Positions 38,419 through 49,076 of a stretch of DNA of 62,535 nt are shown piece by piece. Origin of the DNA: Syncephalis fuscata S228 (lineage: Eukaryota > Fungi > Zoopagomycota); the NCBI GenBank assembly GCA_025786725.1, contig JAHLTZ010000070.1:1-62535 (forward strand). Direction: 5' to 3'. The position numbers and the translations under genes are program-made. The notes below the pieces were generated by a model that searched no databases, was not told the DNA's origin, and was given only the letters and a program-made list of their open reading frames with translations. The first letter of the stretch is position 1. The number at the start of each line of letters is the position of its first letter.

Positions 38419-41400
38419 ATGTCAGAACCACATGACGCTACACCCGAAGAGGATTTGTCGGTGTCGCCTCTTTCTACTAACATTGTTCACGACGAGATTA
38501 CAAGTACAACTGACCAACAAGACTCATTGCAAGAAGAAAAAGAAGAATCAACCACTACAACTACGGCTGAAATGACTACCGATACACTAGAAGATGCAGT
38601 CATTTAGTAAACACCACCGAATCACAGCCTACTTTATTGGAAAAGGGGTCTATGTTTACAGATAAACAAACAACAAACGAGGATATTCATATATCAACTG
38701 ATGTGGCATCAACAAGTCCAGTAGAGACTGAACCGTCAACTGATACACTCCTTAATTCTGAACATTCATCCCCACCCGCTAAAGTAGCACCATCAGTATC
38801 TGGTAAGATGAATGTACAATAGCATATAATGTAGTACATTTATTTATTTACTTATGCTACTTAAATAATGTAGGTAATTTACAAGTGCCGCCTGTAAATC
38901 GACTACGCCGCTCAGACCCCGATCATTTTCAGTTTGAAATGGTTGAAGAGGAGTTTAATTGGGCATCTGGCACACAAACCCCTTCAGATTTAGGTGAAGC
39001 ATTAACAGAACGTAACACGCCCTCCACAACATCGCCATCTAAAGCCGCACTAATGCCAGATCGCATCGATATGCTTAATCGTGTACAAAGCCTTGATAGT
39101 GAAAGTAATTGGAGTGAATCAGAAACGGCATCACTAATTGATGAGGATGTATCAGAAGAGATGGAGGAGGAAGAGACAGATCATATGGTGGATATGCCAG
39201 ATATTGCTATACCAACACCTACCACAGATATGGATGACCATATAGATACAATTGATGACAACAATACTGACGAAAGTAATAGTGAACCAATAGCTAATGT
39301 ATTGACTGAATCAACAACATCTATAGTTACTGATACAACAGCATCGCCACCATCATCTGTTACATCCATCGTAGATGTATCTAATTCACCTATTCAATCC
39401 ACTTCTACAGCTGTTGAACAAAATCCATTTACAGATAGTAAAGATGAATCAGCTGCATCTTTATTGTTAAAGACACCAAAAGCACCCACACGACCCAATC
39501 AACAACTAGGATTTGTTGATACTGAAGTGACACCACAGCTATTTAAAAGAACGCCACTTGATAAAATACCAATTCGACTTATATCCGATGAAAGTCCCCC
39601 GGTAGAGTCATTGGAAAGAGAAAGTCCACCGTCATTCTTTATGTACAGCGATGAGCCGCCTTTATCGCATGGACGAGCATTAAAATTTACGTCGTCATCG
39701 TCGCCGGAAAGAATACAAGTCGGCCGCATAGTAAAGCGGCTTCAACTGCCGATGAAGCTGACCAAACAGCAATTCATATGGGTGATGAACATGACAAAAG
39801 TTCGCTGGGTGATCTAAGTAGTATTCTACCTGAACCGGGTCCATTAATAGGCCATGATATATCGATAGATGGTGAAATGGAAATAGAAGAAGAGGTTGAC
39901 GAAGCAGTGGTGGCCGCGGCCAAAATTGCCACTGTAGTAGCAGCCTCACCCAATCGTCGTCGTAGAGAAGTAGAAACGCCAGAACTGTATGCTTCAGTGG
40001 CACTAGTTGTACAACAACAGCATGAAGAGGCACGACGAACTCGGCTATCTATTTCGGAGCCGAAAGCGCATATTGAAGCTCAGTTTATTAATCGATTACA
40101 GGAAAGGTAAGTATGGCCGCTTTTACACACCACAATACTAATGGTCATTTGATAGCATATCAGCAGCAGCCATTGCTTCTCTTAGTCCCAATTCATCGAA
40201 TTCATTGCCGTTATTTAGTAGTGAAAACGATTTTGATACTGTTACATCGCTGGTTGATGCCCGCGACCGAATGACCAATTCAATGCCGGCCTTTTCAGGC
40301 GCACAACGTTCACTTAGCTCGTCTATGCTACGGGCCAATTCGGATGAAGATAAGTTAACTGCTTTACTTTTACAGCCATCGTCATTAGAAAGCCTACGTA
40401 AAATTGTACCTGCACCTGAAACAAATCTGACTCATTTATCAATTGTACTGGCTGGCGATGCACCAGATGAGGTATCGCGACAACAAGTATTACGGGCATT
40501 TGCACGCGCCCTTCATAGCAGCAAAGGTGGATCAAAGACGGGCCATTTGAATGATTATGCCAATGTAGCGCAGTATGGCTTAAATGTTGCCGATGTTACA
40601 GGCACGGTGGCACGTACACAGCAGCAGATGGCCTTCCAACACTCTGAATTATGTATCTATTTCCTTCGACCACCAGTGTCCAAAACACAGTTAGATGGGG
40701 CAGCCGAGTGTGCACGACAAATCAGTATTCTACCCGTGTGTCTTAGTCAAGGCGATCGTTTATTTGCAGATCAACGTCTTATAACACGCGGTTTAACACA
40801 ACGTAAAGTTGCCAACACCGTACTTACACCTGGCACGACATCAACCGTAATGCATTGGCAGAAATGCACCCGGCGACACTTGCCTTTTCACTACAATTGG
40901 CCCAGGAACGTACGCCAATGAACGACTGGCCAATAAGCGGCAAAAGATACGATTTGTTGTTTCTGTCGTTACAGTGTTTCTGGTCAGTCTATTTCTATTG
41001 GTTATTTTGCCTGGAGATGGCTCAACCGGTCGAGATGCACTGGATGCCGCATTACCGCCAGGCTGGTCACGTTGGCTGGCTCAATGGTCGCCGTTTACCG
41101 GCACATCAACATCCCAATCATCGTATTCACAATACTATGACACGGTTTACCATCATAAAGATACGAGAGATGACGATCCACATGCCGATTGGATATACGT
41201 AGGCGATGACACTATAGTAAGTTTAATTTATATTGGCATAGCATAATATAATAAGCAAAACAAATTTAGGTGGAAAATGTACCAGAATATGAGGCATTGC
41301 CACAAGAGCCGGCGAAGAAAGAGAAGAGTCAGAACGATACGAGAATAACAGCAAGGATAATGATGAAAATAAAGACAACAACAAGAGTGAAGATGAAGAA

Positions 41401-41898
41401 ATGCCTGACGATCTGTTTTCATGGTTTGGCAATCTAACACGCCAACTATCACGCTACTTGAAGAAGAAAGAAGAGCTGTCAAAGAAGCCAGGCATAATGA
41501 CGAGTGGCATCCATACGATCGTTCAATGGATAGATGCGCTATTTGGCACAGAAGATGACGACGATACCGAGCAACAAGAGGATGAGAAGATAAAGAGCGA
41601 AGAGCAGGTGGAACAGGAACGTCGTCAGCGTCGTCAGCATCGTCGTCGTATTAGAATACGTAGAACACGGCACCGCACTTACGATCCAGGTATGCGCGGC
41701 AATCTACACTGGGTCATGGATGTAGGATTGGACGGACTAGATGATGCAAGAATATGGCTGTACCGCACAACAGAACCGTTACGACGAGAGTTGGTCAAAC
41801 AAACAAGATTGTTTTTGCAAACAGAGGCTGGTAAACGACTACAAGAGCTTAGACAGCTTTTACGAGATCAGTTAGCAGATTTGATTAAAAGAATGTAA
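38419..41898 (+). CDS. Large hypothetical protein: acidic/S-T-rich N-terminus, degenerate septin-like segment, a TM helix and a charged C-terminus; several frameshifts
   Basis: Consecutive + ORFs (38419, 38637, 38885, 39778, 40205, 40855/40974, 41401) are linked by GT-AG introns (~38804-38873, 40108-40155, ~41217-41269) or by 1-nt shifts. Confidence 0.65.
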
Positions 41899-43350
41899 TA
41901 AACATAAGTATAGTTATAACCAGTATAATTGGTGTAAATAATGATGCGATTTATATTACTGCTACATAAAGATAAAGTGAATGATAAATATTAGTTTTAA
42001 GCAAGTTATTTTTTGTATAAATGATCTACTACTGCTATTTACATTGCTGAAATAGAATAGCAGTTTACGTTTAATGTTATCAAGTGAATTTATATTAAGC
42101 AATATGACCACAAGTTTGATTCGTTATTATGTAATAGTTTCAGTTTATAAGCACATTGTATTCTAACTTTAGATTTTAAACTTTTTAATATGATAATTGT
42201 TGAAATGTATCAATTCATCAATGGATCTAACGACTATAAGTAATTAATAGCGATAAACTATTTTTATTTGTTGACATAGCATTTAAACTAACCATCCACT
42301 AGTTAGTATATGTTAGTAGTAACGGACTAGATGGATAAACTTAACCATGTTACTATACCAATAATACCGCAATTAGGCCTTAACAATTTTGGTTCATTGT
42401 AGCTGAAAATATGTTTTAAAATGCGTAAAACGTAAAGTCAATAACGATGTATCTTTCACTTTTCATAAACTTTTTATTATACGAGCCATGCTATTTCGGA
42501 ATGTTTAATGGATATAGACATGCTATAGCGCCTTTCTAATACATTAAATGCCAGTTAGCCGGTCGTATTACCGGGTGTTCAAGTAATCGATGATACAATA
42601 ATTGAATATATTGTTTATTATCAAGGCGTGTATACCTAATAATCAACGATAATGCTTAATTTTAGCAAAAGGCCTTTATGAATGGGTAACATATTAGTGT
42701 GTTGAACATAACCGCTCGGTTCTCTCTTCCCCGCTAACCATGGTATTAGACTGGGTGCACCCATGGAGCAACCAGTATACGCTATACCTCAAAGTAACAC
42801 GACCAGTTTCCACGCCAAAACAAGTATCTCTAAGGCAGCATTGGTTAATTGCTTAATATTGTTGCGCATTCACCCCCATGTGTTGCTTGTGTTACCTAAG
42901 CGTTTTGAAATTTTAAAACATTAGCAAGTATTGCGGTAAAGTCACAGCAACGCACCATTATGATTTTTAAACAATTGTAGTTTTATTAGCACGTTGAATG
43001 TAGTGTAACAATAAATACATGTTGTTATTTGAATTGATGGTGCATGCAGCACATTGTTGGTATTGTTGTCTCATTTGTGTAAATGCCGAATAATTTGAAA
43101 CAAATCCTAAAGTTGCTAATCTATTAATAAATCTATTTTAGCCTATTCTTTAGTGTTACCTTATTGATGAGCAATAGGAGTTAACGGTATAGTTTATACA
43201 ATACAGCGTGTCGGCGCCTCAGTACAAACATGTATTTAAATGGCCCATAAATATACTTAACTAGCTAATGGTATTAACAATACATTCTACTTTTTACCAA
43301 CTACGCTCTATTATCATTCTACTTGCTTGCCTCAACGAATCGGTATCATC

Positions 43351-44758
43351 ATGAAGTTATCTATTGTCGCTATCTGCACTATTGTCGTGGCTTTTATGGT
43401 CAATACAGCCACGGTGAATGCCAAACCAGCTCTAGTCCGTCGTGGTATGTTGCAATAACAGCATCTAATATTGCCATGCTTACCAATATCACGGCTAACA
43501 AATGCTGCTATTAGATGGTAAGCCGGGATAATGAATCAATCTTTAGCACTCATTGTATACTATTATCCGTATGCTAAACATCTTAAAGATATTTAAGCAG
43601 TTGGTAAGCTTTAAACAACAATAGTTACTGGAATTTAACTAACCATTATTTATTGATATACAACGGGTAAACTAGCGTCGTTGGCTAAACGTAAATCACA
43701 TATAACAGTAAATAAATATTACAGCTATAATACTAATACATTGAAACATTATCGATAGGAGGTAAGCTACGATGAAATACTTGTTTAGTTATTTAGCTAA
43801 ATGCTGATGGTATTTATTAAATGGCAGGATATGGTAAGTAGCACTATGCATTTATTATCTATGTATTAACTATATACTATCTATTGTGTATATTTATTGC
43901 TGATAGGTGTTCGTAAGTAGCATTTTATACTAAATAGCTATGCATTATCTAAATCTATGTGTCTATATATTTAATACTAGCAATAAGTGGTAATTAGCAT
44001 TGCAAATAGATTAGATATATATTAACCAAATTTATACATTTTAAATGAAATAATAGATGGTGGGTAGTAAGCATACGATTTAGCCGTGTATTAATTAAAT
44101 GTTATTTGCTATGACCATTCGATAATATTGATAGGACGTAAGTAGAGTATTACAAACCGATTAACTAAACACTAAATATATACTATTTGCTTTATAATAT
44201 AACAACACTGATAGTTCGTAAGTGGTATTGCATACTAATTAACTACACACTAATTAAATATTGTATAATCTTTGTATTCAATCTAATCAATAGGACGTAA
44301 GTTATACACATACTATTTCGCTGTATGTTAACCAAATTATGCATTGTGTATATTTAATAATACTAATAGCAAGTAAGTGGCATTGCATACCAATTAGCTG
44401 AACATTATTTAAATGCTGTGTATTTTTGTGTTAACTATTTAATAGAAAGTAAGGGGTATTATATATCAAAGGTTTATGCATTAATCAAATATTGCATGCT
44501 GCGCGTACTTAACAACAATATTAGGATGTAAGTAATATTGTAATTCAATTATTTATGCCCTAATTAGACGGCACTTTTGGGTATCTTATTAATTAATATT
44601 AATAGTCAGTAAGTTGTATTGTATATTTATTGGCTATATATTAACTAAATACTACGTGCTGTGTACATTTATTAATTAATAGTTGGTAAGTGGTATTGCA
44701 CATTAATTAGTTATGTGCTAACTATAATCTATTGTTTTATATATTTTCCACAGCTTAA
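43351..44758 (+). CDS. Microexon secreted-peptide gene, intact copy C: 51 aa from 17 exons
   Basis: Exon 1 is 43351-43444. Microexons: ATG 43515, TTG 43601, GAG 43759, GATATG 43828, GTGTTC 43907, CAATAAGTG 43981, ATG 44057, GAC 44135, TTC 44215, GAC 44294, CAA 44370, AAA 44446, GAT 44525, TCA 44606, TTG 44683. Last exon CTTAA at 44754. Every exon is flanked by YAG and GT, and the join reads ...LVRR-DVGGYGVPISDGLRPKRFIA*. Confidence 0.8.
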
Positions 44759-45359
44759 TCAAGAAAATTGATACATTGGTATTGATAGCGTGACTGTACC
44801 AACTGCCTCAATATATATCTAAATATATATTTGACAAGAATCAATACATTTGCCAATTGTCGTTGGTCCAGTTATATATATATATATAGCAAATCCTAAC
44901 CAATTATTTAAATTATCTAGCTTTTAATTAATGGAATTATTATATTATCAATAACTCTTGGTTGAACTTATTCAGCCATGTAAATTGTGTTAATAAAAAT
45001 ATTGTTTCATTCTAACTACATAATCAAGCTTTTATGTGCATTCAACGTTTGATTTGATTTAACAATTAGCGGACACCGGTGAATTAAGCATAGCAACACC
45101 ATAGCAAATATAATTCATTAGCTATTAGTATTTATTAATATAAATACAATAATATTGCATGTAAATGCTGTATTTTTATACCTTAGTAGGGCAGTAATTA
45201 TAGATATTTGCAAGCGCATATGCATAACATCAAAAATATCATTATTATATAATTAGATTGATAATATATTAATATTGATAAAATAAAAGTTTTTAGACCT
45301 CAAATACTAAAATTGCATTTTGATATTTGTATCATTATAATTTTAACGGATATACATAA

Positions 45360-46256
45360 AAGAGGGGGCCAGTTCACCGATCTACTATGTTGTTTGTTTC
45401 CGTGCATTTGACGCTGATCCACAAAGTATACTTACTTGGAACCAGTATCAGTGTTTACAGTAGTAATGCGTGAAGGTATTATTTAATCTATCAGCAACCA
45501 ACACCACATACACGCAATGTATTGCGCCGTATTCGACAACTGATTGATTATGTTAATATATCGCCCGACTGGATCAATTATGCACTTATGACGATATAAC
45601 TGATGGATTTGCACCACTTATTGGCAATCTGCAACTAGAAGTGGATAGTATTGATGAACTAGTACTGATTCTAAAGGAATCAGAGCAAAGTGATATGTTG
45701 CGTCGAATTGGACATGCTCGAAAAAGGTAATGACATCAATGCGACTTTTTGGTAGTAAAGCCAATGTGATGCGTGGATTAATTAAACGATGCAATGATTG
45801 GGCTGGTGATGAAATTGAATTATATCTTGGTGATATTCAAGATATTTATATGTATATTTGATATATGAATATAATAGTAACACTATGACATAGATCATTT
45901 AATTACAATGTTGCAGAATGTGCACATTACGAAAAGATTATTGCTCGTGCACATAGCAATTATTTGGCACAGATCAGTATTGAGTTGACACAGTCGCCCA
46001 ATGCTACCAATGATGTTATGTCAAAACTGACAGTTCTTGCTACTATTATAGTGCCAATGAACGTTGTTACTGGTAAGTTAGAATGCATATGTAGTAGCTA
46101 TTAGTTTAACCAATTTGTTTACAGGTTTATGGGGAATGAATGTGCAAGTACCTGGTCAAGATGCTGAGGGGCTTGCATGGTCTTTGGAATCATCGGTGGC
46201 ATGGTAATATTAGGTATTACTTATACGTGTATATGCGACGCAATAAGTTCTTTAAT
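45360..46256 (+). pseudogene. ALR/MNR2-type Mg2+ transporter C-terminal fragment, disrupted
   Basis: PDWINYALM, EVDSIDELVLILKESEQSDMLRRIGHAR, LYLGDIQ, HYEKIIARAHSNYLAQISIE, NDVMSKLTVLATIIVPMNVVT|GLWGMNVQVPG. It has multiple frameshifts/stops, a lost donor near 45841 and no visible 5' part. Confidence 0.8.
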
Positions 46257-47947
46257 TATACTATAGACCAAAATATCGAATATTAATTGATTTTATTTTA
46301 TCAAACTGATATAGCCATTTAAATATTGATTCGTTTTAGTAAAGATATTAAAGCATAGCAATATATTGTATCATGAATACCGTGCCACTGTTTATTCTCA
46401 TTGTGCTACTGTAGATACTTTGACTATATATTAGTAAACATGGCTATTTTATAAATAATTGTCATTTAGCATAATTGTAAATAAATACCGGCTTGCTTTG
46501 TTCATCCGCTCATTAGTCTATATGCACTATAGTTTAGTATAACTAATTGCTACTTGAGTTTGTATATTATTTATACCGCTTTATTGTTTTATTGTATAAT
46601 AAATACGCACTATCCAATAATATTGTTTTCTTAGCTTTAGCATTATTATTAATAAAATCCAGTTTATTTTGTCTATGTATCTACTTGTGCGAATATCCTT
46701 TATAACTTTGACAATGGCAACTGGCATGCCTTATATTGTAAACTTGTCTTGACATATAACAGCATATCATGTGTTAATTTATACAAATACTTATCTATTT
46801 GTTTATAGCTTCGCTCATTATAGCGTTTAACTTATTTTGTTGATTTGTTTATTGGTTGTCTATATTTACTGTGTAGATATTGTAACCGTTTGTTACTTGT
46901 AGTAATCAATGATTATTCTTAAGTAATTGACGATTACGCTAGATTATATAATAATAAACTAGATAGCACTAGTAATAAAACTAAAAAAATAACACAAATA
47001 ATTACTAATGTTTATTTAATATAATAAAAATATGTGCCCTTTTATACTGAAATGAGCTAAGTTTAAAAGATACTTGTAAAGGAAAAACTTGTTCGTTCCT
47101 TCCTTTTGGTATTGTATACGGGTATTAGTTTACTTTAAGTAAATTAGTACCCATGTAATATGCTAAATATTAAATAAATTGGCAGGGCCCTTGTAAAGAT
47201 TTTAAATTATTTACTAATATGTTAGTTAGAGTACTGGACCGCGTGCTGAGTAAAAGCTACACAAATGTTGTTTGACTAAGTCACGTGACTATATGTTATA
47301 TTAATTGTGATTACCATATATGGAAATGAGGCATATAAAATTATGTGATTGAATTATTATATTTAGTGTTCGTAACAAATTATTTACATTTTTTTACATA
47401 TATTCAGTTTATTGTATATTTTTACACGACAATAATTATTGATACTATGCCACTTTAACCAATTTATCTGTTTTGCCTGTTTTAACTTGCTTTTTTTGAG
47501 CCAATCAGCTTCAATGCGCAGTGTGACTGCTATATCTATATTCGATTTTGTACCACCTTCCTAATATGGAGTATTGCCGTGACTCGGTTTAACATTCAAC
47601 TCCAGAGCCCGTAGTAATACAGCCACCCATTGGGCCATTTCCGGCTGACCTTGCCATTACTGTGGATACGCATTGTTTTGCTTGATCAACACCAAAGCCA
47701 TTGCTAATTGACAATTGCCGGCTTGTCTAGCAGACGGTTACAATAATTCGATTTGTTAATAATTAGCCTGGTGCAAAAATAAACACGATTTTGGATAGAG
47801 GAAAGATGGGCGATTATAGAAAACATAAAAAGCGGTGTCAAAGCTACAGTGTGTATAGTGGAATGAGTGGAATGAGCAAAGTATATTGCCGCGTATAAAC
47901 AATAAAATGTGTCTAGTGTATCGTAGAATGATACATAGTAGTGTGGG

Positions 47948-49076
47948 ACAGAATGGGAATGATATAGGTAAATGGTGGATATATGCATACTGGATAACGA
48001 ATCTATGATGACGAGTATTTGATGACTGATGTCACTCACCACCCATCATCATGTTCAATAGATTGGGCGTTATTAAATATTAGTCATTTGTCCCCCAAAA
48101 AAGCAATAAGTGTGATGATGTGACGATTAAATAAAACTCACCACTTGTCCCCATGTTCAATAGAGTGAATGTGCAGTGCAATTGCGCGAATGTTATTAAA
48201 TTTAGTCATTTGACCCCCAAATCACACTACATGTAATAATGTAATGATTAAATAAACAATTATAAAATATATATATTGTTATATACCATTATATGACGGT
48301 GTAAGACGGCGTAAGACGGTATAAGACGTACGCTGCGTACCGCTCCGTACCGCGGCGTACCGCTCCATAAGACGGTGTAAGAAGGTATAAGACGGCGTAA
48401 GACGGCGTAAGGCGGTGTAAGGCGGTATAAGACGGTGTAAGACGGTGTAAGGCGGTATAAGACGGCGTACCGCTCGTACCGCGGCGTACCGCTCCATAAG
48501 ACGGTATAAGAAGGCGTAAGACGGCGTAAGACGGTATAAGACGGCGTAAGACGGTGTAAGACGGTATAAGACGGCGTACCGCTGCGTACCGCTCCATACC
48601 GCTCCATACCGCTCCGTACCGCTCCATAAGACGGTATAAGCCGGTGTAAGGCGGTGTAAGGCGGTATAAGAAAGTATATATCACTATACACCACTATATA
48701 CCACTATATACCACTATATACCATTATATACACTATATACCATTATATACCATTATATATCACATTATAGCTTTTTTTAACTAAAATCGTTTATTGCTTA
48801 GTGTGATTTGGGGTCAAATGACTTTTTTTTGTAACATTCGCGTAGTTGAACTACATTTTCGTTCTATTGAACATGGGGACAAGTGGTGAGTTTGATTTAA
48901 TCGTCGCATTATTACATTTATTGTGATTTGGTGGTTAAATGACTATTTTTAATAACGCCCGATCTATTGAACATGATGATGGGCGGTGAGTGACATCATC
49001 ATCAAATGCTCATTATTGTAGCTTTATTATCCAGTATGCATATATCCACCATTTACTTGCATTATTTCCATTCTGT
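47948..49076. mobile_element. Foldback/MITE-like non-autonomous element: ~280-bp inverted arms around a minisatellite (second copy ~50172-51305; left arm only at ~52403-52649)
   Basis: 47948-48229 is an imperfect reverse complement of 48799-49076. Related arm copies are dispersed elsewhere in the window. No transposase or clear TSD was seen. Confidence 0.6.
48296..48760. repeat. 10-bp-period minisatellite (AAGACGGYRT / TACCGCTCCR / CACTATATAC)
   Basis: Read directly from the sequence. A second copy lies at ~50518-50990. Confidence 0.95.

Noticed and set aside
48296-48670. Telomere-repeat interpretation (GGTGTA core)
   Set aside because: The array is interstitial, has heterogeneous units and is embedded between inverted arms. 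The host telomere repeat is not known from this window.
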